A stretch of 64,000 bases of DNA, from assembly GCA_031835245.2 (NCBI GenBank), contig JAVKOQ020000105.1, forward strand, positions 1-64,000. Direction: 5' to 3'. The notes under the pieces are model-generated. The model made no database searches and was not told the origin of the DNA. It saw only the letters and a program-made list of their open reading frames with translations. Below are positions 1 through 10,400 of this stretch, one piece after another (position 1 is the stretch's first letter; each line of letters opens with the position of its first letter). Origin of the DNA: Balamuthia mandrillaris. Taxonomy: Eukaryota. A program made the translations under genes and the position numbers.

Positions 1-179
1 TCTGAATTATAAGGGTTTGTCTGAGATTATTGAGCGAGCTTATGAACTTAATCAAGGCAAGCGTAAAGTAAGTAAGGAAGCGTTGTTAAAATTTATTTAT
101 AAAAGAATTTCTAAGGCGTAGTATTGGGATGATGAAATAGTCTAAACTTCCTTGTGAAAGGAAGAGTAAGTTGATTTTG
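1..179 (+). mobile_element. 3' part of a mitochondrial group I intron in LSU rRNA (insertion site equivalent to E. coli 23S position ~1951)
   Basis: S-element-like GATGAAATAGTC (131-142). Perfect 7-bp hairpin CTTCCTT-GTGA-AAGGAAG with a GNRA loop (147-164, P9-like). Terminal G at 179 is followed directly by the conserved exon AAGTTCCGACC. Confidence 0.85.
2..121 (+). CDS. C-terminal fragment of an intron-encoded LAGLIDADG homing endonuclease (5'-truncated)
   Basis: Frame 2 reads LNYKGLSEIIERAYELNQGKRKVSKEALLKFIYKRISKA*, resembling the HLTxEGLxxIxxxxxxMNxxGKxRK tail of single-motif LAGLIDADG enzymes. It lies inside the group I intron. Confidence 0.75.
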   Translation: MNYKGLSEIIERAYELNQGKRKVSKEALLKFIYKRISKA

Positions 180-575
180 AAGTTCCGACCTGCATGAATG
201 ATGTAACGACTTCCCCACTGTCTCCAGTGTTGCTTTAGTGAAACTGAATTTGTTGTGAAGATGCAATATTAATAGTAAGTAGACGGAAAGACCCTGTACA
301 CCTTTACTATAACACGGGATTGTACGTTTGTTGTGTTTATGTAGAATAACTCTTAAGCTTATAACTCACGTTACGCAAGTAACTTTGATGAGGCTTCGAT
401 GAAATAAGAGTTTTGCGGAACAAATCTCTGTAATAGTCACATTAAAAATCCAGTGTGGTTAGTTTAACTGGGGTGGTTGTCTTCTAAAATGTAACGAAGA
501 TGTATAAATATATTTTGAATTTAATGGTAAAATTATGTTAATCAGGGAGACTTATAATTAAAAGCTAGGCACAAT
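180..575 (+). rRNA. rnl: Mitochondrial (bacterial-type, AT-rich) large-subunit rRNA fragment, domain IV/V
   Basis: Conserved 23S-type motifs in order: AAGTTCCGACCTGCATGAAT, GTGAAGATGC, AGACGGAAAGACCCTGT, CTTTACTAT, GTTTAACTGGGGTGG, TAAAATGTAACG. The 3' limit is approximate. Confidence 0.93.
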
Positions 576-580
576 GAACT

Positions 581-669
581 TTTAACTCTAGCAATACGTA
601 ACTGAACAGCATACTGAGTTACGCATTGCTAAGGTTAAAAGGATTCATTCTACCAGAACACCAGTACTT
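581..669. other. Oxford Nanopore ligation adapter (both orientations) plus native barcode, a sequencing artefact
   Basis: AGCAATACGTAACTGAAC (590-607) matches the adapter bottom strand. AGTTACGCATTGCT (617-630) approximates the top strand end. Next come the flank AAGGTTAA (631-638), AAGGATTCATTCTACCAGAACAC (639-661, close to barcode NB07 as I recall it) and CAGTACTT (close to the flank CAGCACCT). Confidence 0.93.
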
Positions 670-826
670 TAACCCTAACTCCTAACCCTAACCCTAACCC
701 TGAACTGCAGCAGGCAGTAAATGTGCAACTTAAACCTAACCCTAACCCTATAAGTATCTAACCCTAACCCTAACCCTAACCCTAACCCTAACCCTAACCC
801 TAACCCTAACCCTAACCCTAACCCTC
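670..826 (+). repeat. Telomeric (TAACCC)n array, TTAGGG type, with short interruptions; likely the true chromosome end
   Basis: About 20 TAACCC units with the C-rich strand at the 5' end, starting immediately after the adapter. Interruptions at ~701-730 and ~750-758. Confidence 0.95.
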
Positions 827-1285
827 TGATGTACTTCAAGAGTTACAACAGCAATTTGAAGAAAATGAAGAAGACAAAGGTACTTTCTTTTTCTAGTTAT
901 TTTCTTTATTTTTAATTATTAATATAAATTCTTATTTCAATCAATAGCAGCAGATCAAGCTTCAAAAAGAAGATATAAAAGACTTAGAAGACTTACATTT
1001 ATGGAGGATGATGATGATGATAAATATTCTGAGACAAACTTATTATTGGATGAAAATGAAAATGAAGCAATAATGACAACAGAAATGATGGATGTAGTAG
1101 AAGAAATATTGGATCATAAATGGGAACAAACAATTGGTGATGATGATAAGGATAGCAAAGTTGTTTTATATCAAGTCAACTGATGGAAAGGAGTAAATCA
1201 TCCTATTGGGAATCAAGAAAAAGAATTACCTCAGAGCTTGATTATAAAGTATTGGAATAATTTAAAGGATCCATTATTATTTTAA
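826..1285 (+). pseudogene. 5'-truncated, disrupted chromodomain-encoding gene remnant
   Basis: The exon SDVLQELQQQFEENEEDK and a GT..AG intron (~880-948) precede VVEEILDHKW...VLYQVN*WKGVNH..(YWE)..EKELPQSLIIKYW. This matches the chromodomain pattern VExIlxH..YxVKWKG..WE.exnL...I..yw, with an in-frame TGA at 1181-1183 and a local frame disturbance. Confidence 0.6.
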
Positions 1286-2000
1286 TCTTTCATTATAGTA
1301 ATGATTGTAGCTGTATCTACAACAATGATTGTTCAGAAAAGAAGGGAGAATTTATATTTTGTTTTTAAGTTGTTGTTCTAACTTAATTATTGTTTGTTTT
1401 TGCAAGGTTTTGTTTTTTTATGTTGTGAAACATTTTTTTTTCCTTGTATATTCATTCAATATTAATGAAACACCTTTTAAACAATCATTTATTCATTATT
1501 TATCTATCTGTCAATCCTTTTATCTGTTTGTTAATCAGTTTTATAAATATTTTCTATTATTTTTAAAATACCAAAGTATATATATAATTAATTACTCTGT
1601 TATAAATCATTTTTACTCTTTGTAAATAAGCTCATTGGATAGAGCATGTTGAGTTCTACAAGAACCTTTTTTATTTTTTCAAACAAAAGCATTGTATTCC
1701 TTTTTCTTTATTAATAAACATTAATTTTCCCTTTTTTCAATCATTTTGACTTAGAGAACATTGAAATTTTTTCTAAGTCTGAAATTTTTGCTATGGAACC
1801 AGGGAACCAAGGAGGTTCCTTTGGTTCTGTATTTTTGCACCTCAATAACTTTGTTACATCTTAATAAAACACAAAACTGTTTGTTGTGGCAAATACTTTA
1901 AGTACTACTCTTCCTTTGGATGTATTTATGTTTAGGATACACCTTATACCTGTCCGGCAAAGGGTAGCTTTAAAACAAGGCCGATTCCCTAACCCTAACC

Positions 2001-2672
2001 TAGGTCTGCATGTGTGATGCAACAGCTGTGCGAACTTGCTTCCTTGGGCAGAAAAGCTTGCTGCTAATGCTTCTTCAGCAAAGAGATGAAACCAAGGGAG
2101 TAGGTCTGCATGCATAATGCAACAGCTGTGTGGACTTGCTTCTTTGAACAGAAAAGCTCACTGCTGATGCTTTATTCAGCAAAGAGATGAAAACCAAGAG
2201 AGTAGGTCTGCATGTGTGACACAACAGCTGTGCAGACTTGCTTCCTTGGGCAGAAAAGCTCAATGCTGATGCTTCTTCAGCAAAGAGATGAAACCAAGGG
2301 AGTAGGCTGTGTGGACTTGCTTCCTTGGGCAGAAAAGCTTGCTGCTGATGCTTCATTCAGCAAAGAGATGAAAACCAAGGAAATAGGTCTGCGTGTATGA
2401 CACAACAGCTGTGCGGACTTGCTTCCTTGGGCAGAAAAGCTCACTGCTGATACTTTATTCAGCAAAGAGATGAAAACCAAGAGAATAGGTCTACGTGCAT
2501 GATGCAACAGCTGTGCGGACTTGCTTCCTTGGGCAGAAAAGCTCAATGCTGATGCTTCTTCAGCAAAGAGATGAAACCAAGGGAGTAGGCTGTGCAGACT
2601 TGCTTTCTTGGGCAGAAAAGCTTGATGCTGATGCTTCATTCAGCAAAGAGATGAAACCAAGGGAGTAGGTCT
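2001..2672. repeat. Subtelomeric tandem repeat: 7 units of ~100-102 bp or ~81 bp, with a ~283-bp long-long-short higher-order unit
   Basis: Units start with TAGG at ~2001, 2101, 2203, 2303, 2384, 2486 and 2586. They share ACTTGCTTCCTTGGGCAGAAAAGCT and CAGCAAAGAGATGAAA. A telomere seed CCCTAACCCTAACCTA precedes the array (1987-2002). Confidence 0.95.
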
Positions 2673-3129
2673 AGCTGGGATGAAGGACAACATTCCTGTA
2701 GGCTTGATGCTGTTGCACTACTTGTGGTGCACGATGATCAGCAAACAAAAGAGCTGAAGCAAGAGTGGTAGTTCTGAGAGTGCATAAGATGGTCAGTTGG
2801 TTAGTTAGTTAGTTGGTGGTTCAAAAAAAAGAAACAAGAGAATGAGTTGAGAAGTAAGCAGGTTCTGAGCCAGCCAGCTTATGGGTGGGTCCTGAGGTAG
2901 TTATGGCTCTCATGTCATCCTAAAAGTCAAACATTTCATCTCGTCCTTTTTCTCTCTTTTCCCTGGGAGTTGAGCTCTCACCAATGATTTCCTTCTTATT
3001 GGTCCATTGGTTGGTTGGTTAAGAACCAAACCAACTGTTGTGAGGTACATAAAGGTATACTTAGGGCTCTATTGCAACATCAGCAAATAAATCAATTCCA
3101 CCATAAATCACACTTTCTCAGCCTTCTGC

Positions 3130-3530
3130 TGCTTCCTCATGTTCTCTGCCTCAGGCGGCTTCACTGCCTTCAGCAAGTGGCCTTCAACCACCCTCTAGAA
3201 GCCTGGTAGACTCACATTTTCAATAGAAAAAGTGGGAAGGCAACATTTGTCTCATGATTCCACTGGAAATTGCACTTTTGCGGCCTTTAGCCACTTTCTT
3301 GTGTTCTCTGCCTCAGGCAGCTTTGCCGCCTTCAGCAGGTGGCCTTCGGCCACCCTTTAGAAGCCTGGTAGACCCACATTTTCAACAGAAAAAGTGGGAA
3401 AGCAACATTTGTCTTGTGATTCCACCATAAATTGCACTTTTGCGGCCTTTAGCCACTTTCTTGTGTTCTCTGCCTCAGGCAGCTTTGCCACCTTCAGCAG
3501 GTGGCCTTTGGCCACCCTCTAGAAGGCCAT
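3130..3530. repeat. Subtelomeric tandem repeat, 162-bp unit, ~2.5 copies
   Basis: TGTTCTCTGCCTCAGGC recurs at 3140, 3302 and 3464. The array ends next to CCCCTAACCTA (~3534-3544). Confidence 0.93.
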
Positions 3531-4421
3531 AGACCCCTAACCTAGAAAAACAAGAACAAGAATAAGATAGAGAACAAGAATGAAAATGAGAATAAGAACA
3601 AAAGGAAGCACAACAAGAATCATTGGAACCATTGAGATGAAAATTTTTTGGGTTTTTTTGGCAAACAAGAAATTAGTTTTTTTGATTTAAAATGGTTTTT
3701 TTCTATCTATTTTGGGTGATTAAAAATCTGGTTTTTTTTAGTTTTTTGTAATGGTGATCATGTCACCTTGTGTTTATTTTGTAAGAGGGGATATGTGTGT
3801 AACAGTGTGTGTGTCTTTCTGTGTCTGAGCATTATTGCTCGCTTTTATATCTTTCTCTTTTGTTGAGTGTTCTAAGTGATTCTTTCTTGTTTTACCATGT
3901 CGTCATATTCTGCTGTAGATGATTGGTCACTGCTTGATTTTGATGCTATTCTTGTAGACTTATGTGATGAGTTTGTTGACACCATCACATTTTTATGGTT
4001 TTTTTAAGGTCTAAATTTTGAGCTTTTTTGGTTTGCTTTGGTTTATTTTGGTTTTATCTGGGCTTTTTTGGTCTAATATAATCTATTATTTTCTCCTGTG
4101 TGTTAGCTTCCTTTAAAACAATGATGATGATGATGATAATGACAGGAATCTGTCTGCTATGTGAGCTAGATTGTCAAAGAAGGTTCTCTTCACCTTCTTT
4201 GGCCTTTTCAAGCTTGGTGTGTTGTTGCCATTGAACTATAGCCACTTAGTTGTCCAATCAAAATATTCACAAAAAATAATATTTAATTATTTTTGAAGCA
4301 AAGAAAATTATTTTTAATAGAAAATTATTATATTTAAAAATTATTTCAAAGGATATTAAAATAAAAAAAAGAGATCTAGAAAAAATAAAAATAGGTATTA
4401 TAAGACATAATAGTTTTTTAT

Positions 4422-7400
4422 TTACAAAAGTGTTTTTAAATATGTCCATAAACAAAAAGCATGACAACATTGAAACTCAGGTGATAAATATTGTTCTATC
4501 ATATTTATCTGCTTTTCATTTTCACATAAAGGTAAACAATAAATTAAAATATTGCATAGTGATAATGTTTCATCTTGAATATCTCCAGTGCATAATTTTG
4601 TTAAAATTAAATCTTCTAATGTTAATATTAAAACATTAATATCAAAGTTTTTCCAATATACTGTTGAATATTGTGTAATTGACTATTTTTCAAAGTTAAT
4701 AATCTATTTACAAACAAAAAAAATCAACAAACCTTAAATGGGATTTTAAATTTTTCAGGTATTAAATGTTGAATATCAAAACTTATATTTTGTAAAAGAG
4801 TTTGTATGATAGCATTCAAGTGAGATAATTTCAATTGTTTCAATAATTCAACAAATGATTGTTGACAACTTTGATGAAGAATATCTTGGATAAATTGAAA
4901 AAGAGAAAATAAAGGCTTAATATCAGGTACTTGTATTACAAAGTGAAGTATTGTTTGTATTTGAAGAAGCAATTCTGTGCTTTCAATATCATTTAAATGA
5001 TTAAGTGAAAGTATTAATTCTAGTAAAAAAAGTCAATTATAACCTAATCAAAGCCATTAAAATCAAAACATTACCTTTAGATAATTTTGTTTGAGGTATA
5101 ATTGATTCTATCTTTGCTTGAGATGGCCATTGAATTATTGGAATAAAGCAAAATATATTGTCCACTAACCAACTTTCTATATCATCAATTAAAATAGGAC
5201 GTCCAAAGAAAAGGTCTTTAAACAATTGATGTTGAAGTGAAACAAAGTCCCAATAAATTGTTTTGAATTGTGTTTCTATCACTTGCTCTGTGACAATTGT
5301 TTGTAGATATTGTAATATGTTTGTAGTACCTATTAAATGTCTTTTTTGCACTTTAGCAATTTGTAACTGAGGCCATATATTATTTGGTTCATCTTGGTGT
5401 TGAGGTAAGTGTATTAAAGCAGAATATGAAACTAAAGAAGACATTTCTAATGTTTTTTTTGCTTGGTATAAAAGGTTGTTTTGAAGACTACCAATTTTCT
5501 TCAACACCAAAAATACCTCTTTAGCTTCTTTATGTGTAATGCAATGTAAAATAGAAGACTATTTCAATAGTTAAAATATACAATAATAATAATAACAAAA
5601 AGTAAATAAACTATTAAAATAGCAAATACCTGATAAGAGAGTTCAACAATAGTAACTTCCTCACATTCAAATCGGTTTTCCCCAGTGCCAATAGTATTCC
5701 ACACTTGCATATAAATATCAAAGAGTTTGCAAAATAGTTGTTGCTTTTCTGGTGGTACTTTTTTCACACATTGGTGAATGGATAATGTTTGTGCCTCAAT
5801 CAACGTAATATGGTGAGAGAACACATCTTTAACCAATTGCAAAAATGCTATGACCTCTGGGAGCCTTTGAAGCAACTCAATCTCTGCTGCATGATCCAAA
5901 ATAAGTGCAATTAAAGGATACTGTTCACGATCCTTGTCTTGAAGAAATTGTAGCTTGAACTCCTCTAATAAGTCACCTTTTTCTGATACAAAAAGTGAGG
6001 GTACTTTCTGGGAACAATACTCTGGTGTTATCTCCTCTTCCAGAAGCGTGCCTCTTATCTCACGAAGCAACTTTGATCCAACACCAACAGCAGCATCTAC
6101 AAGCTCTCTACTTTGTTGATGCATGTGAGAGAGTTTAGAGTCCATCTGTGCAATGTGGTGATTGGCATTTTGTTCCCATTGCAAGCGGTCTTGAGAATGC
6201 CAGAACTGTTTTGCTGGGAACACAAGAGCAAGGCCTTCCTCCAGTTCTATGTCTAAGCTCCACAAGATGCAGTGCAAATATTCACATAACTGCTCAGGAT
6301 TGCTGGAGTAAAGTTGTTGCAAGGCATCAAAGTCAGCTTGCAGGCGTTGCCAATAAAACTCTGCAGTTTGGAGCACTGCACAGCTAAAAGGGAAGTTAGT
6401 TGAGATAGCATACAAAAAATATAAAAAAATGAAGTATTTGAATATTGGGTAAGAAAGAAAAAGGCAGTTGTACCTGGAACCTAGGTGAAACACTACTTTA
6501 ACAAGCAAGCAACAGTGCATCCAAAAGCGAATGAGTCGAAAGGCCTTTGGCAAAAGGTGGCGTTGGGAGTCTCTTGCATCATGAGTTAATGAACTGTCCA
6601 CTACATAGCCTCTAAAGTTGTCCGTTTCAGGGCGACCACGAATAGCAGTATTGCCATGAATCTTAAGCAGCAGTAGTAGTTAATAAGAGAATAAAAATGG
6701 GAAAAGTTGAAATAGCAAAACATAAACACGACAAACCGGGTTGTGGCTTTGTCCTCCTATCCCACGTCCACAATCAGGACAACGTGCTGCTTCCATTGGT
6801 CGACCACAATGCCCAACTACATGTCATAGCATATAAGCTCTTGAAGTTGATTTTAGGCCCACAAAAATAGTAAAAGCTAACTTACTTCCATAAATATGGC
6901 CACAAGGGCATCGCCAGATTTGAGTTACATCAGGCAGCATGGAGAAAAGGTCTTCTGGCATGGTCGGAAGATAGCTTTGTTGTAGCAAAATCGTACTATT
7001 ATCCACGAGAGCTTGGAAGAAGTTTGCTTGTCTTTGCCTATACAAAGTCACAAAGCTCACCAAAACCAGCCGAGAGAGACAAACAGCATCCAGTGATGAG
7101 GAGTGGGAAAGAGCGAGTGGGCCCAATGCTGTACCATCAATAACTTGCACAACAAAATTGCTGTAGCCACCATCATCATCATCATCAAGATTGAGTCTTT
7201 GCAGAAGGCATCGCTGAAGGTTCTCAAAGTCCTTCCTTGGCTGTGAATGAATTTGTCGAGGCACCACCTTGGAAGGTAACAATAACAAAGGGAGTTGTTA
7301 AAAAGGAGAGTGGCACACAAGAGACACAAGGTACTCCTTACCGTTGACCAAACCGCAAAGAAAAAGAGCCTATCAAATAAGTAACCATCTTCAAAGCGTT

Positions 7401-10400
7401 CTCTGCCCAGTGTCTCCAATGGTTGTGTCAGCAGCCGACTGACTGTCTCGCATACACTTTGGAAGTGGGGATTGTAGAGGTGGCCAAAATCTCTTGTTGG
7501 GACATTTGAAAGCACCAGTGGCAGCTGTGGGGTCATCTCCTCTATCCAAGGACAGTATTGAGCAAAATCAGAGGACGTAACCAGTTGCAATGCATTGGAC
7601 TCCCCTAGCAAAGCAAACAACTTCCGCAGCATAAGCACTCTAAAGCCAGCCACCGTCCAGTGGTCTTCAGGGTTGACATTAACAACGATGTAAAGTGCTC
7701 TTGCTGCTTCTTTGCGAATTTCGAAGTTGGCATGGTTTGTCTCTCCCGTAAAGAACAAAATTGGAAGTATCCGCCCCAGTAGCACGTAGCCAATCCCAAT
7801 TTCATCCAAAGAGCTTAAGCAGGGCAGTCGCTTTTGTGTAACTCTGGCAAACAGAAGAAATGAGCAAAGACCTTGTAGCACTTCGACTTCAGAACGTTGC
7901 TGACGTGCCAAACACCAGCATTGCAAACCTTGTCGCACAAACTGAACATAGCGAGCACAGTGAGGCAGGTCCAGTGTGTTTGAGGTGTACTCTTGCAATG
8001 TGCGTTCAAATCGCTTGCGAAGATTGGTGATGAGGGGATCCTTGGGAAGGCGGTTGAAGTAGTCAGCACCACCTAGCAGAAGCCGATAGATCCGTTTCGC
8101 TGTTGCGGAAGACCACTCGTGGGTTTTGTTATTGACTTGCAATCCAGTGATGTTCGCATCGAGGCATTGGATGAGCAGTTTGGCAGAGTCGTTACACCGC
8201 TGTTGCTCCACAGATGAAATGAAGAACAATGCGGACGGAATGGCGTGCTGAAGAAGAAAATTTTCCAGGAAGCTCACCGCAATGTTCTGTCCATTGCTGC
8301 CAAGCACAAGCAAAAGGTTGGGGTGAAACAAGAACTTGGTCATTGATCTCAGAGCTTCCACAGAGTAGAGTTTCGTCCGGATTATGGGAGCTACCTTGAC
8401 CTCGAAGCTAGCCAGTAGAGCAAGCACGTGATTCTCGTTGGGGAAGGCCACCTCAAAAACAAAGCTCCATGTGGCTTGTTGACTGAAGAGCAGCAAAAGT
8501 GCTGTTTCGAAGCGTTGAGCTCTCTCTGTGACCTTGGCACCAGAAGGTGTCTTGAGAGAAAGGAGGTTGCTTGAAAGCACTTCTTTCACGGCAAGAAGGA
8601 ATGGCTTGGTGCGTGAAAGCCAGAGACCAACAGCACCGTAATTCCGGCATGAGTGAAGATCCTCACAAACAACATTGGTAGCTCTCTCACAAAGAGAAAG
8701 CAAAAACTCTCCTTCATCCGTTTCTCCCAAGTTTAAGCGTTGAGGATGATACAGCTCTGGCATCAGCTCCACCAGGCGCCCCAGGCTCGAAAACAGCTCT
8801 TCTCGCTTTCTCAAACTTAAGTGCACGTCTGCAATGGAAGTCAATCCTTCCCAACGACTCACTTCAAGCAGATAGTAGGTCACAAAGTGGGAAGAGAGAG
8901 GTCGAAACTTTCCCGCTTGCAAGTGACCCAGGTCGTGCACATACGCCTCGATGAGGGAAGTGTTGTCTCCGGCCATAAGCTCAGGATAGTTGTGTGCCAC
9001 AAAGTTTTGAAAAGATTTCTCTGCATGACTGCAAAGGGATGAAAAATGTATGGTTCAATAAACTCTCATCAGATGTCATCAGTAAAGATAGAAGAAGAAG
9101 AAGAAGAAGAAGAAGAAGAAGAAGAAGAAGAAGAAGAAGAAGAAGAAGAAGAACAAGAACAAGAACAAGAACAAGAACAAGAACAAGAACAAGAACAAGA
9201 ACAAGAACAAGAACAACAACAACAACAAGAACAAGAACAAGAACAACAACAAGAACAAGAAGAACAAGAAGAACAAGCACAAGAACAACAAAAACCAAAG
9301 AAGAGGAAGGGGTGCTTGCCTGCTAGAAGACATGCTAATGATAAGTGTGCTCTGTTTGCACAACGTCTCCCCGTAGAAAAAGCTGAACGGAAACTGCGCG
9401 GTAAAGTCCCATTTGACAATCGGCTTGCTAGTGGAGAGCAACAGCCAGAACTGTTCAGGGAGGTAGATTGCACGTGAGAGCATGTCTCGCCAAAGACGGG
9501 TTGACTTGTCGATGGTAAACAGATTGCCGTTTCGATGCAATCGACTGAGCCACAATGTAGCCAGCCGAACCAACTTGTGTTGCGCATATTGGGTTAACCA
9601 AAACTGGAGAGGTTGGGCCGTTGCACCGATCTTGTAAACAGATTCCACCTGCTCCAATGCAAGTTTCTGCCAGACATGCTCAGCACCTTCCTCCAAATCA
9701 TTTTGTTTGGCTTTGTTCAACAAGACGTGCAACTACACACCACATTGACATGTTTTGTCAGAGCTACCAAGCAAGTTTCTAACAATATCGCTACAATTTA
9801 ACGCACCTGTTTTTGCACCAACTCTTCCAAGTCATCGTCGCTAAGCAAGGTCTGAATCGCACCAACGGTATCATAAAGGGCAGCTGAGTTTTCTGAGGAG
9901 TCGCATAAGAACGCAAAGGTCATCTCGGATACACACCGCACAACATTCGAACGCAGCACTTGGGTGCAATCCAAATGACCCTCCAGATACAAGTCGCTCC
10001 AATGGCGAGCGGCAAGCAAATGGTCCAACAACAAGCAGCCACTGCCTTGTAGTGGCGACGAATAGAGATGCTCGATGAAGATATAATGCCAACCGTCGGT
10101 AAAGTCGAGATTACGTAGTTTGCTCTTTGCACGACCATTGGGAAGATGAACGATGAAGAACATATCTTTCGGGGCAGAATGTATTCCTCGCGGTTTGTGC
10201 TGAGGAACATTCTGTGCAGCGTCATTGGCTGCTCTGCTGCCTTCTTCCAAACATATGCGGAGGCAATAGGAGAGCGTATGTTCCCGAAGCTCATCCAAAG
10301 AGCACGCTACGATGAGAGCAGAAGCTGTGGCGGGCTCCTGCCAGAAGGTTGCCACGGAGCCCGCAAAGTGAGCTTGCGTAGTGCTAGCAGAAAGATGAAC

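Noticed and set aside
1..575. Genuine nuclear insertion of mitochondrial DNA beyond the telomere
   Set aside because: The junction consists of Nanopore adapter and barcode sequence.
581..640. Long hairpin as an rRNA expansion helix or hairpin telomere
   Set aside because: The inverted repeat is the two complementary adapter strands placed back to back.
759..826. TAACCC array as an Asn-Pro coding repeat of the adjacent exon
   Set aside because: In the frame of the downstream exon the repeat reads TAA CCC (stops).
1329..1625. 98-aa Phe-rich ORF, and similar short ORFs at 3015-4639
   Set aside because: Low-complexity AT-rich sequence with no recognisable motifs.
2001..2672. CRISPR array, or the ORFs overlapping the repeat
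   Set aside because: Whole units are repeated with no unique spacers, there are no cas genes and the context is eukaryotic. The ORFs are by-products of the repeat.
4422..5630. Pseudogenised 3' end of the RNF213-like gene
   Set aside because: The fragmented ORFs join in phase across GT-AG introns (e.g. 4683-4732) and reach a normal stop. No frameshift was found at ~5515 on checking.
8981..9587. Poly-E/Q, poly-R/T, poly-L/V and poly-S/C ORFs
   Set aside because: These are translations of an intronic microsatellite.
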